From the NCBI GenBank assembly GCA_964507055.1, contig CAZDOJ010000002.1, positions 66,716 to 119,202 on the forward strand: a stretch of 52,487 nt of DNA, given 5' to 3'. The stretch is from an uncultured Gammaproteobacteria bacterium (GTDB lineage Bacteria; Patescibacteriota; Microgenomatia; Levybacterales; UBA12049). Positions 18,134 to 25,591 of this stretch are shown here, piece by piece; the stretch's first letter is position 1, and the number at the start of each line of letters is the position of its first letter. A model generated the notes under the pieces. That model worked only from the letters and a program-made list of their open reading frames with translations, did no database searches and had not been told where the DNA came from. Position numbers and translations under genes: made by a program.

Positions 18134-18355
18134 TTAAAAACCAACTGACTTACGGCCGTTTTTTAGTTTATGAGTCTTTTTAACTAATGAATTCCTTTCT
18201 GCTGGTGTCATTTCAACAACTTGATCAATTATTATATCTACCATAACTTTGAGTTGGTTCTCTAATCGAAGTATATCTTCGTCAGTCATCGTTTCTGCCT
18301 TTTTTCCTAGTAATTGTCTTGCGCGTTTAATACTAACCATAGCTGCTGGATACAT
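18134..18355 (-). CDS. Small helical hypothetical protein (73 aa from the internal ATG; the ORF track extends it to 18403)
   Basis: The start at 18355 (MYPAAMVSIKRARQLLGKKAETMTDEDILRLENQL...) avoids a 40-nt overlap with the upstream gene. No motif recognised. Confidence 0.4.
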   Translation of the reverse strand: MYPAAMVSIKRARQLLGKKAETMTDEDILRLENQLKVMVDIIIDQVVEMTPAERNSLVKKTHKLKNGRKSVGF

Positions 18356-18363
18356 TAAATTAA

Positions 18364-19143
18364 TCAACTTTCCTTTATATTTTCTGGATGCTCTTTTGCC
18401 CATGTATCAAATAATGCAGCCATATCATGTACTTCAATAACTCCCTTTTTAGTTTTTACAGAGTCATTTATCCAGCAAAATATAGTATCAATTTTTATTT
18501 TATTATCTCTGGTTTGTAATTCGGAAGATTTATAGCAGCTACTAATATGATGGCTTTTACGAATTTCAGTATTAACTGTATTTTTAATAAAAATAAAATT
18601 TGAGGTAAGTATTTTGTCTGGCTGTTTACTTAGTAACTGTAGCCATAAGTCTAACATGTTTTGCATTAATGGTTTTATATAAGAGAGCAATGTCGAACTT
18701 TGAGTAATATATAGTTCCTTGTTTAATAATATGTTTGTAGAATTAGTAAAATTTCTCCAGCGTATAAATTCTTGTTTAGATTCTGAGAGTTGAGCATATA
18801 TTTCTAAAAGCTTATTGCTATATGGAAGTGGTTTTATAAGGTTAAATTCTACAATCTTTTCTATAACAATAGTTCGAGGAGGATAGTGAGGAACATGAAT
18901 ACCTTTATCATCGGTTAAGTTTTTTTCGTAGGATCGTTCAATTTGTGAAATATTATTTAAATTTATCCATAGTTCATGTATTAACATCCTTTCAATTTCC
19001 GTTTTATTACTTTTATTATTTGAGGATTCAATTATTCGTCCTGCCCAAATACTGAAAGGAATTGCGAAAACAATACCTACTGTAGTTAATACGCCTTGGT
19101 TGTTATTTAGAATTTCTGAGATATTCATATTTGGACATACCAT
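18364..19143 (-). CDS. Hypothetical protein with one N-terminal TM helix (259 aa)
   Basis: Long ORF in very AT-rich DNA (spot count 18% GC on one line). TM helix GVLTTVGIVFAIPFSIWAG. No recognised domain. Confidence 0.55.
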   Translation of the reverse strand: MVCPNMNISEILNNNQGVLTTVGIVFAIPFSIWAGRIIESSNNKSNKTEIERMLIHELWINLNNISQIERSYEKNLTDDKGIHVPHYPPRTIVIEKIVEFNLIKPLPYSNKLLEIYAQLSESKQEFIRWRNFTNSTNILLNKELYITQSSTLLSYIKPLMQNMLDLWLQLLSKQPDKILTSNFIFIKNTVNTEIRKSHHISSCYKSSELQTRDNKIKIDTIFCWINDSVKTKKGVIEVHDMAALFDTWAKEHPENIKES

Positions 19144-19416
19144 AGAGATAGACAGAGTTTAAGCCTTTTTTGATCGTAAATCAATAATTCTATTGAGTTT
19201 TACACACCTGTATGTGGAGCCACAGGATAGCTTTAAAGGCATGTGTTGTATTTCTTGATACAATTCTTCTGAAGAATAATAATTGAAATAAAATGTCTGT
19301 TTAATCCTGAGGCTATCTCTGGCTAAGATTTTTGTATTTTACCGACACATTTAGGCATGTAAAATATTGTCGCATAGTGATCGGATGAGAACAAAAAATA
19401 AAGAGATTACTTAAAC

Positions 19417-20121
19417 TTAGTTTACAATCAGTTTTGCATTCAATTCTTGATCTAAGTAATCAAGAATAACGCCATCCTTGCTTCTTGGAACTGCAAAGGT
19501 AACTGTACTTTCATAATTTCCTGCGTGCTCTGCAACTCCAACTATAGTAAACGTTCTTGTTTCTCCAGGAAGAATTTTCATAAGATCATTATTCCATACA
19601 AAATCATTTGGCAATGCTTCAGGATTAACTCCACCACTCATAACGCTTGTAACCTTAAATCCATTTTTTATGAAATCATCGTCTGCAAATCTAATGTGAA
19701 ACATGTCTACAGATTTTGTTTCATCGTTATTTGTAACAGTAAATGTAATTACTACCTTTTCTCCTTGAGAAGCAACACTTGGTTCAACTTTACCATCAAT
19801 GGTAAGGTTGGTTGATTGTTCATAAGCAGAATTTGAGACCTCAGAAGTGTTTGAAGCAGATTGCTCGGAATTACTTTGTCCATTTACCACTATGGTAACA
19901 ATAAATAGCACGAGGAAAAGTAGGGCTTTATATTTATTTGACAGAGCAAAATTCCATTTGCTCCTTACTTCATTCCAAAAAGGAGGGAAGATAATCAATC
20001 CTAATGATATACCTAAAGTGCCTATTACTGGATTTGAAAACAGCTTGAAAAATCCCCATAAAAGGAAAATTGTACCAAATGTCCACCCCAAAATAGTACT
20101 AGCATTTAATTTATTTTTCAT
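19417..20121 (-). CDS. Membrane protein with a C-terminal beta-sandwich-like domain (CARDB/DUF11-like pattern), hypothetical
   Basis: Three N-terminal TM helices, then EKVVITFTVTNNDETKSVDMFHIRF ... PGETRTFTIVGVAEHAGNYESTVTFAV, an alternating beta-strand pattern typical of adhesin-like Ig folds. Confidence 0.5.
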   Translation of the reverse strand: MKNKLNASTILGWTFGTIFLLWGFFKLFSNPVIGTLGISLGLIIFPPFWNEVRSKWNFALSNKYKALLFLVLFIVTIVVNGQSNSEQSASNTSEVSNSAYEQSTNLTIDGKVEPSVASQGEKVVITFTVTNNDETKSVDMFHIRFADDDFIKNGFKVTSVMSGGVNPEALPNDFVWNNDLMKILPGETRTFTIVGVAEHAGNYESTVTFAVPRSKDGVILDYLDQELNAKLIVN

Positions 20122-20245
20122 AAGTGTATCCTCATATATTCACTATAGGTTGAAATTGATTATAGATTACTATATCAATAAAATCAAGTACTAATTCTAC
20201 TAGTTGTGCGTATTACTAAAAGTAGATATTTGTTACAAATTTAAT

Positions 20246-20470
20246 ATGTTAAGCAGAACAAAATATACTGAAATCGTAGGCAATAATATCCGTGAAGTCC
20301 GAAAAAGAAAAGGGCTTAGCCAGGACGAACTCGCTGCGAAATGCGGATTTTATCGGACATATATTAATTTAGTAGAAACTGCTAAAAGAAGTCCGTCAGG
20401 ATACTCACTATACAGGATTGCAAAAGGACTAGGAGTGCAAGTAGATGAACTTTTCCCAACAACAGTATAA
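20246..20470 (+). CDS. XRE-family HTH regulator (74 aa from the ATG at 20246)
   Basis: VGNNIREVRKRKGLSQDELAAKCGFYRTYINLVETAKRSPSGYSLYRIAKGLGVQVDELF is a classical HTH_3 domain. The ORF-track TTG start at 20204 is probably too far upstream. Confidence 0.8.
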   Translation: MLSRTKYTEIVGNNIREVRKRKGLSQDELAAKCGFYRTYINLVETAKRSPSGYSLYRIAKGLGVQVDELFPTTV

Positions 20471-20663
20471 AAACCTCACATAATCTCCAATAAGCAAAGT
20501 TACATATCATTCAATGCGCTAGCACCAATTTAGCCTTAAAAGTAGAAAAAGCGATAGCGGTTATAATTTCGTCGAGAAATTTTAGGATTATTTCAAGGCT
20601 ATTTTTCTCTTCACCTATTAAATTCGCCAAAATACCGTTTTCCACATAACATAGATAAAACAT

Positions 20664-20716
20664 GGTTGGGGATAAAACCGGGCTTTTTGGTTCCCCAACC
20701 AAGCCCGGTTTTTTGT
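20664..20716 (+). terminator. Interlocked inverted repeats; the distal pair is a terminator-like hairpin with an A-tract and a T-tract
   Basis: A=GGTTGGGGA (20664-20672) pairs with TCCCCAACC (20692-20700). B=AAACCGGGCTT (20675-20685) pairs with AAGCCCGGTTT (20701-20711), followed by TTTTG. Confidence 0.5.
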
Positions 20717-20723
20717 GGAAAAT

Positions 20724-20894
20724 ATGCTATCGAAGAGAGCAATCAATGATTTCAAAGTGATCTATAAAAAGGAGTTTGGAGTAGAAATATCAGATCAAGA
20801 AGCACAAGAGCAGGGAGAAAAACTTTTGCGCTTATTCAAAATAATTTACAAGCCAATTCCCAAAGAGTGGATTGAACACAAGAATAGAAAATAA
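20724..20894 (+). CDS. Small hypothetical protein (56 aa), below the ORF-track cutoff
   Basis: Own translation: MLSKRAINDFKVIYKKEFGVEISDQEAQEQGEKLLRLFKIIYKPIPKEWIEHKNRK. Starts right after the terminator-like structure, on the same strand as the downstream element genes. Confidence 0.4.
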   Translation: MLSKRAINDFKVIYKKEFGVEISDQEAQEQGEKLLRLFKIIYKPIPKEWIEHKNRK

Positions 20895-21045
20895 TATAAC
20901 TTGAGAAGTTCGGCTGAAAAAAATGTAAATTAGATAGCCTTAAATATATAAGACAGATATCTATATATGAATAATTTATTTATCTAATTAATATTATGAA
21001 CGAATTTTAAATCTCGATAGAGATCAAATAGGAGGAGAAAGATAA

Positions 21046-21225
21046 ATGGTTAAGGATAATAATTTCAAAACAATCGTTTTAATAAAACCACAATATATAC
21101 CAATTCGATGTCCTGTATGTAAAGGGTTTGGGACAGTTAATTTTGGTAAATCTCCGTGTAAAGCGTGTGAAAAGCTTGGATACTTAAAAATTCCACCTGA
21201 AAAAGATTCTTATGGAGGAGAATGA
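21046..21225 (+). CDS. Small zinc-ribbon protein (59 aa, CxxC...CxxC), below the ORF-track cutoff
   Basis: Strong SD (AGGAGGAG 7-8 nt upstream). MVKDNNFKTIVLIKPQYIPIRCPVCKGFGTVNFGKSPCKACEKLGYLKIPPEKDSYGGE. The stop overlaps the next start as ATGA (21222-21225). Confidence 0.6.
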   Translation: MVKDNNFKTIVLIKPQYIPIRCPVCKGFGTVNFGKSPCKACEKLGYLKIPPEKDSYGGE

Positions 21226-21947
21226 AGGATAAATATTTTTTCAAATTATTCATTAATAATGAACAATTGGATTATTTAAGATCTGATCCTCTATTATTTG
21301 CTGTACTGATAGAATGCGCACGAAGAGCAAGGCGTGTGAAAGATACTTCACCAGAAGGGCTTGAACAAAAAGAGTTTTTTTTATCTAGAACAGAATTTGC
21401 TAAATTTGGGTTACGTGCGAGTCAACAAGGGCTTATAGATCGTCGCATGAAAGAACTTGTTAAACTTGGATATATCCAAGATACGTACAAACGCATAGGC
21501 AAAGGAATAGGCAACGAAAGATCAAAGGTTTGGCTCTTTAATTCAAACAATACAATAATGCCACTTTTTGAGTCAGACATCAAAATAGACAGCGGATCAG
21601 ACGTTATAGAAGCACAGAACAATCTTGGTGCGAGCAGTAAAGTAGATAGGAAAGAGAAAAGAGAAGATGAGAAAGAGAGACTATGCTTCTCGTCTCTCAC
21701 TCCTTGTGATGACGATTGTATCTTAGAAATCGCAATGACGAGACTTGCATATAAAAAAGATGTTAAAGCTATACGTATTGAATTACAGGAAGATATTAAA
21801 AAATTTCCAAATAAATATAAAACTTTCCATGAATCACTCAGTAGAAGGGTAAGGTATAAACTTGTAAAAAGTTATATTCATTTTGCATATGCAGATTACA
21901 GAGTGAAATTAGATAGAGAATATAGAAAAAGTAATAGGCATAAATAA
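21222..21947 (+). CDS. Hypothetical element protein, possibly winged-helix DNA-binding (replication/regulation)
   Basis: 241 aa. The N-terminal region LFAVLIECARRARR...EFFLSRTEFAKFGLRASQQGLIDRRMKELVKLGYIQ looks like a wHTH. Translationally coupled to the zinc-ribbon ORF. Confidence 0.35.
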   Translation: MKDKYFFKLFINNEQLDYLRSDPLLFAVLIECARRARRVKDTSPEGLEQKEFFLSRTEFAKFGLRASQQGLIDRRMKELVKLGYIQDTYKRIGKGIGNERSKVWLFNSNNTIMPLFESDIKIDSGSDVIEAQNNLGASSKVDRKEKREDEKERLCFSSLTPCDDDCILEIAMTRLAYKKDVKAIRIELQEDIKKFPNKYKTFHESLSRRVRYKLVKSYIHFAYADYRVKLDREYRKSNRHK

Positions 21948-22037
21948 TATTGTTCAAAGTGTTTAAGAACTCAAATTTTTAGCCTTGAAAACAACTTGTA
22001 GCACTATATAATGCTAATAATCCCAAATTGACGAATT

Positions 22038-23660
22038 ATGTATATACCACAAGACTTAAAAAATATAACTTTTGATATTTATAAACGCCGAAGTAGCGAC
22101 GATGCAGATCATCAAGTTGCTTCTCTGGAGTCCCAGCATGAAGTATTAATAAATCTAGTTAAGGATAATAAGATCAAAATAGGCCAAATTGTTGAGGAAT
22201 CTATGTCTGCAAAGCAACCTGGAAGGCCGGTATTTAATGAAGAAATACGAAGAATTGAGCTTGGAGAAATCCAGGGACTTATTATTTGGGATTTATCTCG
22301 CGCCTCTCGTAATCCTGTGGATAGTGGTACGTTAAGCTGGTTGCTGCAAAAAGAAAAATTAAAAGCAATTATTACTCCTCACAAAATATATTTGCCCGAA
22401 GATAATGTTCTACTTCTAAATGTAGAATTTGGTATGGCAAATCAATATTTGCGAGATCTATCAAGAAACGTGAAGCGAGGTATGCAGAACAAGCTTAATA
22501 ATGGCTGGAGACCGGGAATTGTTCCTGAGGGCTATTCACATGATTTAGTGTCCGAACGAGGTAAAAAGGAAATTCTAACAGATTCTGTGCGGTTTCCTCT
22601 AATTCGTAGAGCTTGGGATTTACTTTTAACTGGAAATTACACAGTTCAGCAGATTTTGAGGATCATGAATCATGATTGGGGGTATCGTACAAATAGGCAT
22701 AGAAGCTTAGGAGGAAAGGAATTAGGAAAATCATCTATATATACCATATTTACAAATACATTCTATTATGGAGAGTTTGAATATCCTTTAAATAGTGGGA
22801 AATGGTATGAAGGTAAGCACGAAAAGATGATAACGAAAGCTGAATATGATAAAGCTCAGACAATACTTGGAGCACGAGGCAAACCGAGACCAAAAAGGAA
22901 GGAATTTGCTTTTACTGGAATGATACGATGTGGTGAATGTAATGCAATGGTTACAGCTGAAGAAAAGATAAATAGATTTGGATCAAGATATACATATTAT
23001 CACTGTACTAAACGTGTAAATAAGAAATGCGGTCAACGATCAATAGAGCTTGATGACTTTGAAGAACAAGTTGATTTTCTTCTTTCACGAATTGAAATAC
23101 CGGAATCATTCAAAGATTGGGCTATAAAGTATCTTAATGAACTACATGATAAAGAGTCAAAAGATCAAGATGTGATAGTAACGAGTGTGGATACAGCTTG
23201 CAAAAACTGTTTGACCAAAATAAACAATCTCATAAAATTGAAAATATCTCCTATGAATGAGGATGGCTCTTTGTTATCAGATGAAGATTTTGAACGACAA
23301 ATGAAACCTTTGAAACAAGAAAAGAAGAGTTTGGAGAGTAATAGACAGAACTTAGGAGAACGTGCAGATAAATGGCTTGAGCTATCGACTAAGACCTTTA
23401 ATTTTGCTTGTTATGCACGAATTCGATTTATGAAGACTGAATCACTTATGGAGAAGAAAGAGATATTGGCGACAATCGGTTCGAACTTTATTCTACAAGA
23501 CAAATTATTGCGACTTACCGTGCCAAAACCGTTTATTGCTATTCAAAAAGCGAAGGATAAGGTAGATGAATTAATTGCTAGGTTCGAACCCGAAGAAAAG
23601 ACTGATGTGTCAAGCCAAATGATGTACATATATGCCCAAAATTCGTCATTGCAGGGGTAG
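22038..23660 (+). CDS. Large serine recombinase/integrase
   Basis: Resolvase-type N-terminus YKRRSSDDADHQVASLESQ (catalytic Ser), a recombinase domain, the zinc ribbon CGECNAMVTAEEK...YYHCTKRVNKKCGQRS and a coiled-coil C-terminal region. The last 9 nt overlap tRNA-Trp. Confidence 0.9.
   Translation: MYIPQDLKNITFDIYKRRSSDDADHQVASLESQHEVLINLVKDNKIKIGQIVEESMSAKQPGRPVFNEEIRRIELGEIQGLIIWDLSRASRNPVDSGTLSWLLQKEKLKAIITPHKIYLPEDNVLLLNVEFGMANQYLRDLSRNVKRGMQNKLNNGWRPGIVPEGYSHDLVSERGKKEILTDSVRFPLIRRAWDLLLTGNYTVQQILRIMNHDWGYRTNRHRSLGGKELGKSSIYTIFTNTFYYGEFEYPLNSGKWYEGKHEKMITKAEYDKAQTILGARGKPRPKRKEFAFTGMIRCGECNAMVTAEEKINRFGSRYTYYHCTKRVNKKCGQRSIELDDFEEQVDFLLSRIEIPESFKDWAIKYLNELHDKESKDQDVIVTSVDTACKNCLTKINNLIKLKISPMNEDGSLLSDEDFERQMKPLKQEKKSLESNRQNLGERADKWLELSTKTFNFACYARIRFMKTESLMEKKEILATIGSNFILQDKLLRLTVPKPFIAIQKAKDKVDELIARFEPEEKTDVSSQMMYIYAQNSSLQG
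23631..23642 (+). repeat. Right copy of the 12-bp imperfect direct repeat (TATGCCCAAAAT)
   Basis: 10/12 identical to 13079-13090. Encodes Y-A-Q-N of the intact recombinase. The two reading frames diverge completely after this point. Confidence 0.55.
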
Positions 23661-23722
23661 AGGGAATCGAACCCCCAGTCGCGGTTTTGGAGACCGCTGG
23701 TTTACCGTTAACCGATACCCCT
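23652..23722 (-). tRNA. trnW: tRNA-Trp (anticodon CCA)
   Basis: Hand-folded cloverleaf: AGGGGTA-TC-GGTT-AACGGTA-AACC-A-GCGGT-CTCCAAA-ACCGC-GACT-GGGGG-TTCGATT-CCCTC-TACCCCT-G. 71 nt, CCA not encoded. Confidence 0.9.
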
Positions 23723-23826
23723 AGGTTATAAGTTTATTTCCTAAACTTAAAGTAAAGTCTATTTTAGCTCATTATGGCTAAATTCTCTAGTATAGAATTT
23801 CTTTCCGAAGATGCTATACTTACATT

Positions 23827-24393
23827 ATGGATAACCCACAAGTGCCTACAGGAGACATTATCATGCCTGACGATAATAGGGCAAATGAACTAAAAGAAGC
23901 GTTTAATAAGAAAGTTATTGAATTAGATAGTTTGCAAATTCGAGGTCAACTCGCAAACCTTGAAGAACCTCTCGATAAAGCTGACATTCCAGTTATTTCT
24001 TTCGGACTTATTGCCGAGTTACAAGATACTGTAGCTAATTGGCCAAAGAGAAAAGAAATGACTTTTGAAGGTAAGACCTATCGCACATATAGTACTGCTT
24101 TGGTTAACTTGGAAGGGGATTCGAAGCTATTGTTCACTGAGGTCCAGCTCATGTATCACACACCTGAAGATAAATATCCATATGGTGCGAGCCTAACAGA
24201 AACAAAACCTGATGAGAATGGTTCTCTTCATGAAAGACATTTTTCAGCAAAGTTTTACTCTGAGTCTGGTGCAGAAATTCAATACGTAGAATATCCATAC
24301 CGCCAAAAGGAAAATGGAAAGCCTGTTATTAATACAAAAGCAATTGTGGTTGTAGCACGAAGATTAATTCAACAATTGCCTCGTTCGGGATAA
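23827..24393 (+). CDS. Hypothetical protein (188 aa)
   Basis: Clean ORF between tRNA-Trp and rpmG. No recognised motif. Confidence 0.5.
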   Translation: MDNPQVPTGDIIMPDDNRANELKEAFNKKVIELDSLQIRGQLANLEEPLDKADIPVISFGLIAELQDTVANWPKRKEMTFEGKTYRTYSTALVNLEGDSKLLFTEVQLMYHTPEDKYPYGASLTETKPDENGSLHERHFSAKFYSESGAEIQYVEYPYRQKENGKPVINTKAIVVVARRLIQQLPRSG

Positions 24394-24430
24394 GATTCGT
24401 TTAAGAGAACTCAAAGAAGAAAAAAGGGGA

Positions 24431-24607
24431 CTACTTAAGTTTAGGATTTTCTTTGTGTTCAGTTACTTTTCTACAGAATTTACAGAATTTGTTTAACAAC
24501 AACTTTTCTGGAGTTTCCATTTTGTTTTTTTGCGTGATGTAGTTGCGGTTTTTGCAAACCTGACATACAAGTCCTAATTTGATACGGTGTTCGCCCTTTT
24601 TAGCCAT
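24431..24607 (-). CDS. rpmG: 50S ribosomal protein L33 (zinc-binding type)
   Basis: Below the ORF-track cutoff. Own translation: MAKKGEHRIKLGLVCQVCKNRNYITQKNKMETPEKLLLNKFCKFCRKVTEHKENPKLK, with CxxC...CxxC and the NYxTxKNK core of L33. Confidence 0.9.
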   Translation of the reverse strand: MAKKGEHRIKLGLVCQVCKNRNYITQKNKMETPEKLLLNKFCKFCRKVTEHKENPKLK

Positions 24608-24676
24608 ACGAGTGATTATACACTATTTGCGGCAGGTTTGGAAGAGCCTTTGATAAATTCATCAAAGGTTATTCTG

Positions 24677-24748
<72 letters not shown>

Positions 24749-24811
24749 ACGTTTTAACGCGATTGAACTATTGTAGCAAATTTTTTTGAGTGTGTCTTAC
24801 GGATTTTGGGG

Positions 24812-24840
24812 TTGCCCAAGCAAAGAAGGTCTGATAAAAT
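24812..24840 (+). promoter_or_regulatory. Candidate promoter for the tRNA-Thr/tRNA-Tyr pair
   Basis: TTGCCC (24812-24817), 17-nt spacer, TAAAAT (24835-24840), about 17 nt upstream of the tRNA 5' end. Confidence 0.4.
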
Positions 24841-24856
24841 TGCATTTGTGGCACAA

Positions 24857-24928
24857 GCCTTCTTAGCTCAGCGGTAGAGCAGCTGTTTTGTAAACAGCAG
24901 GTCGTCGGTCCGAATCCGACAGAAGGCT
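24857..24928 (+). tRNA. trnT: tRNA-Thr (anticodon TGT)
   Basis: Cloverleaf: GCCTTCT-TA-GCTC-AGCGGTA-GAGC-A-GCTGT-TTTGTAA-ACAGC-AGGTC-GTCGG-TCCGAAT-CCGAC-AGAAGGC-T. 72 nt. Confidence 0.9.
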
Positions 24929-24942
24929 CACAGTCACAATAT

Positions 24943-25026
24943 GCTGGATTGGCGGAGTAGTCAATCGCACCTCGCTGTAGACGAGGCGGCCTTCGGCCTA
25001 CGGGAGTGCAAATCTCTCATCCAGCA
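24943..25026 (+). tRNA. trnY: tRNA-Tyr (anticodon GTA), class II with long variable arm
   Basis: GCTGGAT-TG-GCG-GAGTAGTCAAT-CGC-A-CCTCG-CTGTAGA-CGAGG-CGGCCTTCGGCCTAC-GGGAG-TGCAAAT-CTCTC-ATCCAGC-A. 84 nt. Confidence 0.9.
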
Positions 25027-25591
25027 CTAAGTCTTCCTTTTTTAACTCCATTAAATAAGCCAAATCTTTCTCTTCAGGAATTTTTGCTGTCCGTACATAT
25101 GTAAATCCAACTTTCTCGTAGGTTCTAATTGCCCGTTTATTCTCTGGCTCAGGATCGATGATGCACATTGTGATATCTAGTTCTTGAAATACGATTTGAT
25201 GAAGAAAAGCCTGAATCATCAATGTCCCAAAACCTTTTCCAATAAAATCAGGCTCTCCAACAAATAGATCAATGCCAGCGATGCCATCCGCATAACCTGT
25301 AGCGTCACGAAATTCTTTCCAATCCTTAGGGTAGTATTTTTGGATATAACCCACAGGTTTTCCTGTATAGTGCACGATAAAACCGTATGTAGGCTCTTTC
25401 AGCTGTTCGAAATCGTATCGTTTAGAAACTTCTTCAAGTGTGTTTATTTCGTCTTTGTCGTACCATTTATGAACATGAGGGAGATTAAGCCATTTTGTTA
25501 TTAATACATAATCTTCCGCCTGTAAAGACGTAAAAGTAATTTGTTCCGGATCAAACATGTGGGAGAAAAAAGAATCACAACCGTTCTTCAA
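24998..25591 (-). CDS. GNAT-family N-acetyltransferase (aminoglycoside-acetyltransferase-like / Acetyltransf_8 pattern)
   Basis: ITKWLNLPHVHKWY ... IAGIDLFVGEPDFIGKGFGTLMI ... DPEPENKRAIRTYEKVGF is the GNAT acetyl-CoA-binding pattern. The last 29 nt are antisense to tRNA-Tyr. Confidence 0.75.
   Translation of the reverse strand: MKNGCDSFFSHMFDPEQITFTSLQAEDYVLITKWLNLPHVHKWYDKDEINTLEEVSKRYDFEQLKEPTYGFIVHYTGKPVGYIQKYYPKDWKEFRDATGYADGIAGIDLFVGEPDFIGKGFGTLMIQAFLHQIVFQELDITMCIIDPEPENKRAIRTYEKVGFTYVRTAKIPEEKDLAYLMELKKEDLVLDERFALP

Larger units (their letters stand above)
13091..23642. mobile_element. About 10.5 kb integrative element (serine-recombinase type) inserted next to tRNA-Trp, carrying cargo of unknown function
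   Basis: Intact large serine recombinase at the right end abutting tRNA-Trp. Recombinase remnant and the 12-bp repeat at the left end. Internal XRE regulators, small phage/plasmid-like ORFs and orphan genes. Spot GC counts of 18-30% in parts (13.1-15 kb, 18-20 kb) versus about 40% in core genes. Confidence 0.6.

Noticed and set aside
20511-20702. 63-aa minus-strand ORF
   Set aside because: It begins inside the interlocked stem-loop/terminator structure, has no ribosome-binding site and lies antisense to the element regulatory region. It is probably non-coding.
23583-23593. GGTTCGAACCC inside the recombinase gene as a possible duplicated tRNA T-arm or att remnant
   Set aside because: It is only 11 nt and self-palindromic. 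It is in frame (coding RFEP) and has no flanking acceptor-stem similarity to tRNA-Trp.
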